Origin: Anolis carolinensis
Lineage: Eukaryota
Assembly (NCBI RefSeq): GCF_035594765.1
Contig: NC_085846.1
Span: 27,515,190 to 27,579,189, forward strand
Direction: 5' to 3'
DNA: 64,000 nt
Below the pieces are notes generated by a model. It was given only the letters and a program-made list of their open reading frames with translations, was not told where the DNA came from and did not search any database. How positions within the stretch are numbered: position 1 is the first letter of the stretch; the number at the start of each line of letters is the position of its first letter. This document shows, piece after piece, positions 25,160-39,590 of this stretch. Made by a program: the position numbers and the translations under genes.

Positions 25160-25560
25160 CAACTATTTACCCAGACCTCATCTGAGATGCTTAGGATCAG
25201 AAGTGCTTTGGATTTAGGATTTAGGAATATTTGCTGATACAAAATGAGACATCTTGGAGATAGGACGCTAGTTACACATGAAATTAATTTGTGTTTCATA
25301 TATATCTCATACTCATAGCATGCAGGAAATTTGATAAACAATATATTTTTAAATAATTTTAGTCATGAAACCAAGTTTGCAAACACTGAACTATCAGGAT
25401 GCAAAGGTGTCAGTTAACAATTTTGTGGTGTTTTGGTTTGGTGTATTTGACCTGTACTTTGTTTGGAATGTGAAGCCTTCGTTCTTGAACACACTAAGTA
25501 TCAGGGTGTCTGAGCATTCACAGAATGCCTCTCCAGCAATGAATAAGCTCAAATAAATAT
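25160..25560. mobile_element. Degenerate Tigger/mariner-like MITE; relatives at ~40327-40445 and ~43245-43642
   Basis: Shared internal sequence among the copies; terminus CAGG(T/C)TG(A/G)GTATCC(C/T)TTATCCA. Confidence 0.6.
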
Positions 25561-28500
25561 GTCTGGGTAGGAACGAAAAGAAGTGCCAAGGCTACAGAGT
25601 AGGTCTTTCTGCCCCAGCAATTTTTAAAAAACTGTCTATCTGTCTTTATCTACCAAGGCTTGCTAGGATACTTATCCAGAAGTTGTTTTTACATCATATT
25701 TCCGCTAAGTGAACCCTCTCTTGATCATGTGCAGAGTGTTCTCCCTTGATCATAGACCAGAGCTATTAGAAGCTAGCATTTCAAAGGCAAATGCTTGTGG
25801 CTAGTCAGTCTTTTGATTTTTCAGACATCTTCCAATGAATAGGGGAATCTAGGATGAGGTTCTCATGGGTCAGGAGAGGCAGCCCATTCCTCTTGTATAG
25901 TGAATTTTAGTAAAATGTATATATGTATATCTGTTTGGATGTGTATACACACAAAGAGAGATAAACTTCCTGGTGGATTATGTTCCATGTCTATGTAGGG
26001 TGGGATATGTTTAGAGGTTTACTTGCTTTGCTTGTTATATTTAGAACCTCCACCTTCCGCCTTCAAACTCCGATTTTCTCCCCACTTTTCACTAACAACA
26101 ACCCTGAGAAGTAGGTTAGAGTGAGAAAGTGACTTGCCCAAGGTTACCCACTAAATTTCATGACTCAGTGGGGATTAACATCTGAATCTCCCAAATCTCA
26201 GTCTAACCACCACACTGATTCTATATTTAGTACAGTAGTGACAGTAGTATCTAATACCAAAATACCTTGGCTCAGCCCTGCTGTGTTCAAATGTAAAACC
26301 TTTATAACTGTGCATATAGAAAGAGTGGGGCGGAAGGGATCAGACAATAAATATATTGTGGTTAGAAACTCCCTTATTCCCTCCCTCCCCGCTCTATAGT
26401 TCTTTCATAATCTGAGAGCATTTACAGCAGAGGTGGAAATAATATGCCTTTCCAAATGCAGTTGGACTACAACTCCCAACATTTTTCACCACTAGATCCA
26501 CTGACTAGGTCTATTGGGGCTTCCAATTTAACAATACCCAGGGCCCATTCACTCTACACAATTATAGCACCATGTTGACACTCTATCTGCCATGGTCGAA
26601 TCATATAGGACCATGTGATTTGGCCAGAGGTTTGATATAGTTATCTTGGAGGACATAGAAATTCCTAGTAAAAAGGTAGAGGTTTTCCCCTGACATTAAG
26701 TCCAGTTGTGTCTAACTCTGAGGGCTGGTGCTCATCTCCATTTCTAAGCCGAAGAGCCGGCGTTGTCCGTAGACATCTCCAAGGTCATGTGGCTGGCATG
26801 ACTGCATGGAGCGCCGTTATCTATTGATAGGTAGCGGTACCTATTGATCTACTCACATTTTCATGTTTTCGAACTGCTAGGTTGGCAGAAGCTGGGGCTG
26901 ACAGCAGCCGCTCACTCCGCTCCCCAGATTTGAACCTGCGACCTCTTGGTCGGCAAGTTCAGCAGCTCAGCGCTGAAATTCTTAGAGATGTGTTATTGCT
27001 AATTAAAACAACATCGCATTTTAAATTCACAGTTTTTCTACTTTTGTTGAGGTCTTGCACGCCTAACTCCTTCAAAAATGGAAGGCCTACTGCATATGGT
27101 TGTGAAAACTGGGCAGTGAAGAAAGCGGATAGGAAGAGTTCATTTGAAACAGAGTGCTGGAATGCCTTGTGGGACTGGCCAAAAGACATATCAAGGGTCC
27201 AAGATAAAATCAAACTCAAAGACTTCTTGGAAAACAAATTGACTAAACTGAGGCTATTGCACTTTGGGCATACAATGAGATGAGATGACTCGGTGCATCT
27301 ACACTGTAGAATACAGTTTGACCCACTTTAATGCCATGGCTCAATGCTATGAAATCATGTCAACTGTAGTTTTACAAGGCTTTTAGCCTTCTTGGCAGAA
27401 GAGTGTCTCACCAAACCACAAATCCCAGGATCACACAGCATTTAGCCATGGCAATAAAAATGGTGTCAAACTGCATTTATTTTATAGTGCAGATTCATCC
27501 TCAATAGAAACGACAATTCCAGGTAAAGAGAAAGGCAGTAGGAAAAGAGGAAGATGTTCATAGGATCACCATAAACTGACATGATGGAAATTAACAGCAA
27601 TGCTGACATAAGAACAGCCATATGTTAAGACAAGAAGGCAGTGGGATGATGAAATTTATCACAGCCAAGCAACAGACTTGGCTTTATAAAAAGACATTTC
27701 CTGTTCACTTTTTACTGAAAGGAGACTATATTCCCAGCATGTAGGTGGACTCTCAGTTGATGACAAAAGAACATCTTGTGTTCTGTTTTGGTAACAAACA
27801 ATAAAGAGAGAGTCAGTTGCAGGAAATACAGTTCCCTTTGGGCAAACTTTGGATAGGCTTGTCTGCGTGTGTGAGAACTGGACACAAAGCACGGCTCCAT
27901 ACAATGCAACCTTTCTTTGTATCCAAAAGGCCCTGTGCTTTATTTCTGTTCAATTTCAAAGCCGACTACACCCATCCCTTTAAAAAACAGAGAGAGCTGG
28001 TCCTGCATTAAATCAACAATAACAAAAGGGCTTTTCAGCCAGATCCATTCTATACACATCCCAAACCCCTCCACCTACCTTTGATTTCTCATTATATAGG
28101 TAATAGGCAAAACAATGACCTCTTGACTATGGGTTATCACAAGTGGAAAACACTGGAATGAAATACAAGTAGATAGTAGATAGATAGGGGACTTTTGTAA
28201 GGTACAAGTTACAGCTGTGCTCCAGATCTTTACCCTAAATTTCCTATTTCCAAATCCATAAATTTCACTTAGCAGTTAAAGATACTCAGTTCATGCTCGG
28301 GGACATACTCATCTTTATTAGTACCTGTAGCACCTCTGAGGTTTTAGCTGGTTTGTGCTACACTTGGGCTTAATGGGTTAACAAATTTTGAAGTGCTTCA
28401 AAGTAGCCAACCCTAGTAAATCCAAAGGAGGAGGCAGATGTGTTGATCGATATGGTCTATAATATTGTATAAGTGTATTATATTAGTTTGCTGGCAGGCA

Positions 28501-28654
28501 TACACACCCCTCTCCAAAGATCAGAAGTTCATTGCATAATCATCATTTGATTAGGATCAGCTCACATTCCCATAACAATGAGCTGCCAAAGGTCAACGTA
28601 GTAAAGCTAGTATGAGCTAGTGGTTGTCCTAGGATAGTAAGGGCTTAAATACCC

Positions 28655-28865
28655 CAAAGGCACCATATTGCATCTGATCCTTGATGCTAATCAGGGTCAC
28701 ACCTGTTGAATACTTGGATGGGAGACCGCCAAAGCATAGCAGGTGCTGTTGGTTTTGTTTCAGAGGAACTAGAAGACCTCTGAGAGTTCCTTGCCTAAGA
28801 AAACTCTATGAGATTTATGGGGTCACTATAAATCAACAAGTAATCTGAAGGCACACACAAACACA
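28655..28865 (+). mobile_element. 5S rRNA-derived SINE (SINE3 type); copies at ~61185-61410(-) and partial ~32570-32710(-)
   Basis: GCTAATCAGGGTC..TACTTGGATGGGAGACCGCC..AGGTGCTGT matches the 5S internal control region and 3' end, diverged, followed by a shared SINE body. Confidence 0.75.
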
Positions 28866-30821
28866 TGGATTTTGGGAGACTAGGGTTCGAATCTTGACTT
28901 AAGCACGGAAACCCATTGGGAGTGTGTGGGTAAGTCATTTAGTCTCAACCCCAGAGAAAGACAATGGCAAACCTCTAAATAAACCTTGTAGAAAAAACCT
29001 TATTATTGGTTCTTTTGAGGGGAAACATGACTCAGAAACGACTTGAGCACAACAAACGGCAGTGTAGCAGTAAGCAGACCACACTTCGTCCAGAGACCAA
29101 AAAGTGCAAGAAAGGCATAGACTGGAAAATAACCTCTCCTGAAACAGCATAAGATCACCAGCTGAAGATTTGCCAGGAATTTAATTTTCCCCCAGTACCA
29201 AGGAGAAACACTTTTTCTCAAAGTCAACAAACCAGTTCTAGCAGCTTTCATATCCACTGGTCCTTTGTAAAGCTAAATGCCCATTCAAGTCAGAGGCTGC
29301 TCATGACAATAGACACAATAGGATCTACAGAACAGTGGGACAACTAAAGTGTGCAAAATACATTAGATAAGCTTTCAAAGATTCACTGGCTTCTTCAGGC
29401 AGAGGATAAAAATCATGGAGAATAAAAATTATATCAAAGCAGGTAGAGGGCACTCCCTTTCTTGTGCATGTGGTGATTGGGGACAAAGGGATGTGAAACT
29501 TTATTGCCTGCCTTTTATTGTATTCTGTCCTCACATGTCTAAGGTGGACGGCCCGCTGCCAGCATTTAGATTCTTCCAAAACTTAACTGACGACAGAAAT
29601 AATATCTGAAATAAAATGGAGATCAGTGACTCTAAAATTGTGTGCATCAACACTGTAGAATTAATGCAGTTTGACATCAGTTTAACTGCCATGGCCCAAT
29701 GGTATGTTATCGTGGGAGTTGTACTTTTACAAAGCCTTTAGCCTTCTCTGCCAGAGTGGTGCCTCACTAAACTATAAATCCCAGTTCCATAGCATTGAGC
29801 CTGGACAGTTAAAGCAATGCCAAACCGCATTAATTTTATAGTGTCTGCACCACTGTCCCTTTTCTTCTCTTGTATAATTTTATTATTGTAGATGAGATTC
29901 AGAAGTTGGCAATGGCAAAGCACCTGAGTATTCATTGACTAAGAAAACTCTATTAAATTTCCTTGTATCGCCATAAGTCAACAGGTGACTTGAAAACAAA
30001 CACATAAAGATTTAGGCTCAAGGTTATTACTTGAGCAGGGATATGAAGATGGATCTGTATCTTACAATCATATCTCACAGCCTTTGAGTTTCTTTGGAAT
30101 GTTACCCCAAGCAGAGCTAGGAAAGGTCGTTTGGAAAGGATGACACATCTCAGAATCTGAGTCAGTTCTAGAAATTAAAATTGCAAACATCTAAAATTTG
30201 TAGTGTTTTTTTTAAAAAACAAAAACAAAACAAAACTCTATGCCAAGATAAAATAGAAAAGCTGGGATTGCAACTTGGAACTTATTTCCAATCCCTAGTG
30301 TAGGAAATATGGTGTGTAGGGTCTGGTTTTGATTGCTTTCAGGCAAAGCTGTTCTGCACAAAGCTGGGAAACTCCTGTCCCACTTGTTTTGCTTTGCAAA
30401 CATGGTTTACTTCAACCTTCAGAAAATGACAGCACAAAGCACTGCTTGAAGTAAGGAAACTGAATGTGTTCTGTATGCATTCCACAAATGAGTGTTTGCA
30501 AGCCTGCTGGGGACTCTTCCAGCCTTTAGGGAATCCCATTCTCTTAAGTGAACTGCCCCAGGAGAGCCTGACCCCTGATGATTGAACAAGGGACTGATGA
30601 CTGAGAAGGCAAATATGCACCAGGAGCTGAGAAAGGTCAAAAAGTTATCAAGGCTGCAGTTTCACTGGGACGCAACCCAAGAACTCAACCGAGAGTAAAC
30701 CGATACTTAGGCTGCACACCGGAAAAGGCTTTCCTCCTAGCTCCTCCTGGTGGAAAGTGGATGTACAACAAACACTTCCAAATGATGGAAAAATAACAAA
30801 TAATAAAAGAATGGGATAGTT

Positions 30822-31516
30822 GTGTTGTTGAAACTTTCATGGCCGGAATCACTGGGTTGCTGTGAGTTTCCCGGGCTGTATGGTTATGTTCCAGAAGTAT
30901 TTCCTGATGTTTCACCCACATCTATGGCAGGCATCCTCAGAGGTTGTGAGGTCTGTTGGAAAATAGGCAAGTGGGGATTTATATATCTGTGGAATGTCCA
31001 GGGTGGGAAAAAGAACTCTTGTCTGTTTGAGACAAGTGTGAATGCTAAAATTGGCCACCTTGATTAGCACTGAATAGCTTTGCAGCTTCAAAGCCTGGCT
31101 GCTTCCTGCCTAGGGAATCCCATAGCACAGCATTTGATGAACTAACCTGGACACAGCATATTATTTGGGAACACAGAAATGTTGGACCACTTTAAGAAGC
31201 ACCATGTCAGACTACACAGAGAAGCCATTGAAATCCACAAGCATGTGGACAATTTCAACAGAAAGGAAGAAACCATGAAAATGAACAAAATCTGGCTACC
31301 AGTATTTAAAAAACTGTAAAATCAGGACAGTAAATAAAGAACAACAGGACAATTCCAGGCATGAAACTATGAGGTCCAGCTAATACCTCCCAGTAAAGGA
31401 TTCCCTCGGGCAGGAAGCAGCCAGGCTTTGAAGCTGCAAGGCCATTCAATGCTAATCAAGGTGGAACATTGATTCTTCTGGAACATGACCATACAGCCTG
31501 GAAACTCGCAGTAACC
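30822..31516. mobile_element. Penelope-like element with inverted pLTR
   Basis: 13-bp TSD gaatgggatagtt (30809-30821, 31517-31529); endonuclease C-terminal remnant LHREAIEIHKHVDNFNRKEE. Confidence 0.88.
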
Positions 31517-32861
31517 GAATGGGATAGTTCTCACCAGTTTTCCTGGTTGAATTTGTATCTGGAGTGTAGTTGATTATAGACACAAGAGCCCTTCTGGCTG
31601 CAGGAGGGAAACATTCTCCAACTGAAATGTTTGAGAAAATTGAGACACACTCCACTTTGGAAGAAAGGAAAAGAAAAACTGGACAAAAGTTAATATTAAA
31701 CCACACTCACCTTCAACTGCAAGCTAACTTTTATTGTCCAATGTACATAAGTACAGACTCCAACTTAGTACACAGCAGCAAGCGGGTGCCAGATGGACCA
31801 GATAGAGCAACAACATGAATTACTAGGACAGCATACACCACTTAAAATATATTTTATAAGAAACATTACATGACGCACATTACCAAGCAAGCATCTCATC
31901 TTTTAGGATCAGCTGACGTTTTATTGCACTTCCATTTATGGCAATGGATAAGCCAGTTACAAGTTTTTGAAAACTACCTCAACATAAACATAATAAATGG
32001 TCGACATACTTGGATAGGCACCTCAAAAACACAAGACAGGAGTTGTCTAGTCAATACTGGTGTTGGTGGATGCAATGGACTGGATCTTGATTTTCTTTTT
32101 GTGGATTCAAACTATTGGCAGACTCCCACGCTGCCCCCAAAGTTTGATCCTTGTGGCTAGGCCAGTTAAGCGACAAATAGAGTGTGGGGCTTAACATCAC
32201 GAGGGGACAACTATGAGAAGCTAAGAGTCAGTATTAACTCATCCTCAAGAGACTTTGGAGAACTCAATACCACCCACAATTTGTCTCCCAAATTTCCTGA
32301 AGCCCCATAGAGAATAAGACATTTTTGTCACATTTGAAGGAATTTTATATCCAAGAGAAATTATTATTTTTGTTTTGTTTTTTACAAAACCCTTTCCTAT
32401 GTTTAAAATGGCCACAGGGCTAAAATAATGGGTAAAAATGCCACTTTCTAGGAGATAAATAATTTTAAAAATCTACCCAAGAGGCTTGGGACCCCAAAAA
32501 GGGGACTAAGAATTGCACTTTGCCCACTCCTGCTGCAAACATATGGGGACTGAGTGGAAATAGATTCTTTTCTTGCGTGCTTTTTGTGATTTCAAGACAC
32601 CTATCAACTTATGACAACTGCATTAAGTTCATAAGGTTTTCTTAGGAAAGGAATACTCAGAGGTGCTTTAGCCAGTTCCTTCCTCTGAAATATAGCCTAT
32701 AGAACCAGCTACATGGAGCAAAACAGCAATTTGGGATCAAACCCTTGTGTTCTTGAGACTGGGACACAAGTATGAAATGGGCTGCCCTGATCAGATTTCA
32801 ATATCCTGAGAACATAATTTTCCATGCTTTATATCTTATGAAAATCAAGCAAAAAGTGGGT

Positions 32862-33501
32862 GCTAGAAATAATATCATACAAAAGCAGACTGGCACAAGC
32901 TGAGGATCGCAACCAGACACAGTGAAGACATCTACCCTTGCGCTTTGCTACTCTGCTGCTGAATATGCATACCCAGTGTGGAATACATCTCACCACGTTA
33001 AAACAGGTCAGATATCAGTCAGCAAGCCAATGCCTTAAATCAAGAAGTAGCTTCCTAAGATCTACAGAGATATTCGCAGGAACACCTCAGCAAGCGAGAG
33101 TCAAAAGTGGCAGGCTAAAACCCGAAATCTCAATCAGTGGCTGATATCAGATGAGAAACTCCCTCCTGGGCACACAGAAGACTGGGCAAATTGGAAGGCA
33201 CTGAACAGACTGTGCTCTGGCATCACGAGATGTAGAGCCAACCTTAAGAAATGGGGCCACAAAGTAGAGTCCACGACATGTGAGTGTGGAGAAGAGTAAA
33301 CCACAGACCACTTACTACAATGAAGTCTGAGCCCTGCCAGATCCACGATGGAGGATTGTCTTACAAGGACACCAGAAGCAGTCCAAGTGACTAGCTTTTG
33401 GTCAAAGGAAATATAGTATAATGCCAAGTTTTTAACTTTGTTTGTGGTTTTTCTATACATTATAACTGTATTCTCAATTCGCTTCTGACATGATAAATAA
33501 A
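32862..33501 (+). mobile_element. Vingi/Ingi-type LINE 3' fragment
   Basis: Degenerate NNIIQK..GT.WGSQPDTVKTS.LALCYSAAEYA.PVW; C-terminal CECGEE..T.DHLL; tail TTCTCAATTCGCTTCTGACATGA(TAAA)n. Confidence 0.8.
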
Positions 33502-34597
33502 TCCTATGAAATCAACTCCCTGGCTTTTACAGCTTGAGAGAATAAAAACATGACAGCAATGCTCTGTGAAATCAGAAGCTAAAGACAAGCAGAAATGTCA
33601 TATGTCCCTCTCACAACTTCTAGCTCTGTCTTCCAGACATGTAGGATTATGACTTCTACCACCCTCAGAACAAACTTCTACCACCCTCAGAACAGCAGGC
33701 CACCCCTGGATGTTACTAGTTCAGAGAAAGCTGTTTTAGTTCCTGGGTTAGGGGAAGTTAGAGCAGTTCACGTCCTCCTTTTTTCTAAGTTCCTAATACT
33801 GTGTTCAGGATTGATGGTCTCAACATAGCACCTCCAAAAGCAGTGGTGGGCAAAGTACATCTTTTGGGCGACATGCAAAACACCCAAGGATGCTTTTGTC
33901 AGCCTCAGCATCTCCAACATCTCTAAAATTTAAACAAATTATAGCTGAACAGGATTAAAAGCAGCATAAAATCACAGTGATAAAAAAACACAGCACCTCC
34001 AGTTAAAGCCCCTCTTTCCAATAGGCGGTCAAATGCCAAAAGCCTGTTTCAATAAAAAAGTCTCTTGCCAGCTAGTTTAGGGATACAAAACTGAAACCTA
34101 TCTGTTCATGTCAATGCAGAACCAGACAGATTTATGCAGTCATTATAAAATGAAGCCAATCTGTTATGATCTCTCACGGCCATGCCCCCAAACCCCAGGA
34201 GATATAGAATTCTTGACTCTACTCATAAAAGTGTGTTTCACTATAAATTCCTAAGATGTCATGTCTGGGAGGAATGAAAGTTCAACAAATTAAGAGTAGA
34301 TAAAATTGTAACCTAAACACCTATTGAGCCATTAAATTTGTATCCTGACCTACCTCCAATGAGATCAGGTTCAAATAGGGACAGCCCTATTTATCTTCAC
34401 AACAATTCTGTGAAATAGATCAGGCTGATTCAAGGTGTTTGTGCAATAACCCGAATCTAGGCTTCCTCTGGGGAGATCCAGTCTTTATCCCCTGACCTCC
34501 AACCTGTTCTGTCTCGGGAGGGGGGCGGAGCAAGAAACACCGACTTTGGCACAGATACTGCAAGAATGGCACAACGACAATGAACCCTACAGGCTTT

Positions 34598-34763
34598 TCA
34601 AGGGGAGAGTCTCTCGTAAACCCAGTTGCCCTCCCCTTTGTGGGTCATGGGCTCCAATGGTGCACTGGGATCCTGGCGGTACCGGAAGACAAGACGGTCA
34701 TGCAAACGGTTTGTCTGGCCCTGCCAGAACTCAATAACTTCTGGCTTTAGGATGTATCCACCC
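34598..34763 (-). CDS. PNPO: Pyridoxine 5'-phosphate oxidase exon 7 (stop TGA)
   Basis: [26 protein letters not shown]...WVYERLSP*; PNPO signature EFWQG..NRLHDR. Confidence 0.97.
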
Positions 34764-35306
34764 CTGTGAGAAAGAAAGAGAGAACACAGGCATTCAGTCT
34801 GAGCTCAAGAAATGCAAGACCTAATCTGAAACCATATTGCTAAACCTAATACTATTCCTCAGTACAAAAGACTTCTCAGTGGGTTAAAAAGAAACCCACA
34901 AATCACTCAAGACATTTTTTAAAATCCTGGTGCATGACAGTTTTTAAAAAATCAGTGGTTGTTATTATAATTTTATGTGATATCGTTTTATACTCATGTA
35001 CCATTTTGTGCTATAGGCTGCACCCTGGAGTGCATTTGTGGGCTGCTCCGAGTCCCTTCAGGGAGATGGTGGTGGGATATAAATAAAGTTTATTATTATT
35101 TATTATTATTACTATGCGTAAGACTCTGATGACCCCTTATCCTTAGAGTGACAACACAGTCTTACCTACCACAACTCAAATTACCATTTCACTGGGATAT
35201 AAAAGCATATTAATGCATTTCCCAGTTTATGGCTGGCAGTGAACAAACAAACGAAAGATAATATAAGTGAATCTAAAGTTGAAAGGCATACAAAGGTCCA
35301 ACTCAC

Positions 35307-35377
35307 CAATAGGTTGGCTTAGGCACCTTGGCTTCTCGATATGCTTCCTCTAGTTCTGCATTCTTTTTCCTTAAAAA
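35307..35377 (-). CDS. PNPO: PNPO exon 6
   Basis: FLRKKNAELEEAYREAKVPKPTYW; 71 nt, AG/GT boundaries. Confidence 0.95.
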
Positions 35378-36468
35378 CTAACAAAGAAGGGAAGCAATAG
35401 GAATACTTTTGGAAAGCAAACAGCAAAAGAAAAACAGGAAACTTGGCATCACATCTAAATTAGTACTGTAATGTAAATAAGTTGCAGTTGCTAATTTTAT
35501 TATCTTGTATTTCTCTGCTGGCTACCAAGGAAGGAAAGCTCCCCCCCCCCCCGCCCCCGCATCCCTACATCCTTTTTGCCAGTTAACAGTTAATGTATAT
35601 TAACCTCATAGGCTGCAAAAATGTTATTTGGCTAAGCAAACCATCAATGGAGAAGAGAAAAATAATATATTTTAATATAGAGCCAGTCTACCAACTAGGC
35701 ACTCTCTAACAGCTGCTGAGAGACCCTCCCGCCATCTTTAACTGCTCCAGGGTGGCCTTTTCCACCTGTTGCCCGGCTGACTAGTGTTCTACTGAAGGCC
35801 TGATTCTATTGGAGTTCCTATGGTCTCATGCAAACCCGATCACCGGCAAGAGCAAAGACTACTGCAACCTTCCTTGAGCTGCGCTCCACTCGGCCTTCCC
35901 TCCCACTGCCCAACATCAGCCTGGAAAAGGTGGTGCAACAAAGCCACTCTACCATCGCAGGCATTTCCCGCTACCATGCTCTTGCCGCTAGGTAGCCACT
36001 GCCCGAAGTTACTTAAAGTCACTGATACCTTATAGGACGACAGTACTGGGGAATTTTACCAACCAGCCCCTCTTTGACCATCAACTTAGTAATGAAACTG
36101 GGTTTGATTTGCACTGGGATTGCTGACTTCTCTGCTGACGCGCAACTTTCAACTCTGTTGCTCCTGGGCTTTAGTGGGGACTTTTGTTTTGTTTTCAGAT
36201 TTTATTTTATTTGTATTTATTTACTTATTTTGTGAAGACTTCTCTTAATTTTCTCGCTGGCTCATGTTTATTACTGTTGACTGAGCTTAGCAAAATATAC
36301 TATTTAATTGATGTGTCTCCACAATAACTGTATTTAATTTAAAATGTTTTTAATGCTTAACATTTATTTATATCTTATTTCTGGATGTTATTATGCACTG
36401 TGTGTTTGCCTTTTATTAGCCTTAAGGTATATGGCCAAGCAAAAGGAGCCCCAAGGAACAATCCTCAC

Positions 36469-36597
36469 CTCTCTATCTGGGATCACTGTGCTTTGCAGAC
36501 TCACAATGGCCCCAATTTGGCTGCTCTTTGGACGCGACTGGAAATACTTCTCTGATTCCTGCTCAGGAAGCCTCTCCACCGAGCCTTCAATCCGCAC
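36469..36597 (-). CDS. PNPO: PNPO exon 5
   Basis: [43 protein letters not shown]; 129 nt. Confidence 0.97.
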
Positions 36598-37219
36598 CTG
36601 GAAAGAAACCAATAAAAATAACTAATGGGAAGATAAGAGGGAAGACTTATCAGGGGTTATGGTATATGGTTCTAACCCTGAATATGTTCAGAATAAATGG
36701 AAAAGAAAGACCCATCCTAAAGTAAATTGATCTCTTGGCATACTTTGCTACTGTGTTCTAATTGTGCTAACTTTTTCATTTCTTTGAGTTAATTGGCCAT
36801 CCCATTCCATGGTCCTTCATCCAAAGGAGTCCCTGCTGCTGCTCCACAGATGAATTGTCCCTCTCATTTTCTAACACCACTCATCTGCGAATCTAGCAAT
36901 ATCGTCATCCTAAGCTTTGAAAATGTATTTCCCATGGATACTAACACCTGGCCGATATTATTCACAATATCAAAGCTGAAGTATTGGAAGTTCTTTGTCC
37001 CTACTCTCTAGTCCTACACAATTTCCTCCATAAATCGAGCCATAGGAAAACTCTCTGGTTATTTACTCAAAGACTTCAACAGATTTAACTAAGCTTTGAA
37101 GCATTTTCAGAGCAATTGGAATACTGAAAGAAGGCATGATAAAGTTGCTTCTAAACTCCTTCTCACAGTAGCCTGTGCCCCCAATGCAACTTTCAGTCTG
37201 ATTGCAGAACTTATTTTCA

Positions 37220-37354
<135 letters not shown>

Positions 37355-37713
37355 TCACTAGATAAGTTAATCATTTCATTTACACAGGTTTGTCTGTATT
37401 CACACCCAACTTTTTCATTGGCTGCTTACCAATTTCTGTCCACTCTAGCTCTCATTTTTCTAGCCCTCCACAGACTAGGCTTCACTGTGAGGCTGATTTC
37501 TACTCTGGCTGGCAGAAGTCTTCTCATCCTCATATATAAGTAATCTGTTTATCTAGGCTGTAAGCTTTTATCACTCCCAACATGTTGTTTTGTTCAACCT
37601 TTCTTCATGCAAGCACTTAATTAAAAAAAACACATCAACAGTCACTTGTTAAGCAACTTTCCATTTTTTGTCTACCAAGCAGTGATATTAACATTGAACA
37701 AATAAGGCTATGC

Positions 37714-37808
37714 CAGGCATGGGCAACACCCAGAAATTCCAGCCAGCTGGTAAGTTTCTGGGAGTTGAAGTCTAAAACATCTGGGAGGCCAAAGTTTATC
37801 CATGCCTG
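37714..37808. mobile_element. Short hAT MITE
   Basis: TIR CAGGCATGG / CCATGCCTG; TSD ggctatgc / ggctatac. Confidence 0.8.
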
Positions 37809-38149
37809 GGCTATACTATATCCAACTAATAACTGGGCAGAATCACTGAAAGTTTACATTTAAAAAACCCTTTTCGCTTTTTATGGTGCCACAAAACTCT
37901 GTGTTTTGCTGCCACAGAGTAACATAGTGATCATCGTGAACATTTTTACTTATTCGCTGAAGCAAGAGTTTAAACTTATTTTGTTCTCTCCTTTCTAAAT
38001 ACGCCTTGATATGTCAGCTCCAAAGCAAGTAGTTTGGATTGCCAGCTGATGACATTCTTGATCTTTCCCATAGGTTTCTCAAGCAGGACAGCATTATTAT
38101 TATTATTACTTATATACTGCTTCCCCCCCTTAAAGCAGTGAACACTCAC

Positions 38150-38249
38150 CAGTTCCTTTCCTTTCCTGCTCTCATGGTTGGTGAAGAAACGGAAGCCTTC
38201 CTGACTAACGCCCTTCAAAAGCAACATTCGAGCCGAAGGTTTACCATCC
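38150..38249 (-). CDS. PNPO: PNPO exon 3
   Basis: [33 protein letters not shown]; 100 nt. Confidence 0.97.
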
Positions 38250-38337
38250 CTGGGAAGGAATAAACACAATTTGTTGTAAGTCACACAAATAAGAATCTAT
38301 ACAATAAGGAAAGAATGAAAACAATTAGGATTCCTAC

Positions 38338-38462
38338 CTGGTACATGTGGCCAGGCACATGGCATTAACTTCTCCAATGGATGGGCATTTCATTGCTTCC
38401 TCAAACCATGCGGAGAACTGCTTTATGGGATTAAGGGAGATGAGATGTTTTTCCTCAAAGGC
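38338..38462 (-). CDS. PNPO: PNPO exon 2
   Basis: [42 protein letters not shown]; 125 nt. Confidence 0.96.
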
Positions 38463-38819
38463 CTAGGAAGAGAAACAAACAGCATTGCCATAGAAGCTAA
38501 CCATATCTGTCCACACAACAAGTTTCTGGGTTCCTCCATTTTAGTAGCTTCCTCAACCTCAAAAAATACTTATTTAGCCATTTAAGATTATAAATTTACA
38601 AGAACGGGGATTATATTATCTCTGCCTCTTCTTTAACATGTGGAGAGCAGTCCTCTGAAAGGGAGAGCCATGGAAGCTTTCCACGTCATTTCAACCCTAA
38701 TTTCCTAGGATTTTTCACAATATCTCCATACCTAGAGAAAATTCTCCCCCTCATAACTCTTGATGGAGGAGGGAAGGGACAAAATACATTGCCACCTAAC
38801 ACACATTTATGACACCAAG

Positions 38820-39590
38820 AACACAAATGCTACGATCTGCTAAGGACAAGAGGAATCCTCTCATCTCTGCAGGAGTCTACCATATACCATACAGCTGTGG
38901 ACAAGTCTACATAGGGACCACCAAATGCAGTGTTGCCAAAACATGAATCAAGGAACATGAAAGTCACTGCAGACTAACTCAACCAGAGAAGTCAGCCATA
39001 ACAGAGCACCTGATGAACCAACCTGGACATAGCATATTATTTGAGAACACAGAAATGCTGGACTGCTCCAACAACCACCATGTCAGATTACACAGAGAAG
39101 CCACTGAAATCCACAAGCATATGGACAATTTCAACAGAAAGGAGGAAAACATGAAAATGAACAAAATCTGGCTACCAGTATTAAAAACTTTAAAATCAGG
39201 ACAGTAAATAAAGAGCAACTTTGATAAAATAGTGGGATTCCAGACAAGAAACAATCAGGGCCAGCCAACACCTCCCAACAAAGGATTTCCCCAGACAGGA
39301 AGCAGCCAGGCTTTGAAACTGCATTCAATGTTAATCAAGGTGGCAACATTTACACTTTTCTCAAACAGACGAGAATTCTTTCTCCCACCCTGGATATTAG
39401 TCCACAGATATAGATAGATAGATAGATAAACCTCACTTGCCTAGTTTCCAACAGACCTCCCAACGTCTGAGCATGCCTGCCACAGATGTGGGCGAAACGT
39501 CAGGAGAGAATGCTTTTGGAACATGGCCATACAGCCCGGAAAACTCACAACAACCCTGTGATTCCGGCCATGAAAGCCTTTGACAACACT
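38820..39590 (+). mobile_element. Penelope-like element 3' part (GIY-YIG endonuclease remnant plus pLTR) in PNPO intron 1
   Basis: GVYHIPYSCGQVYIGTT (GIY-YIG), KSAITEHLMNQPGHSILFENT; pLTR the same as other copies. Confidence 0.9.

Noticed and set aside
28655-28750. 5S rRNA gene
   Set aside because: Heavily diverged and fused to a SINE body; it is a 5S-derived SINE.
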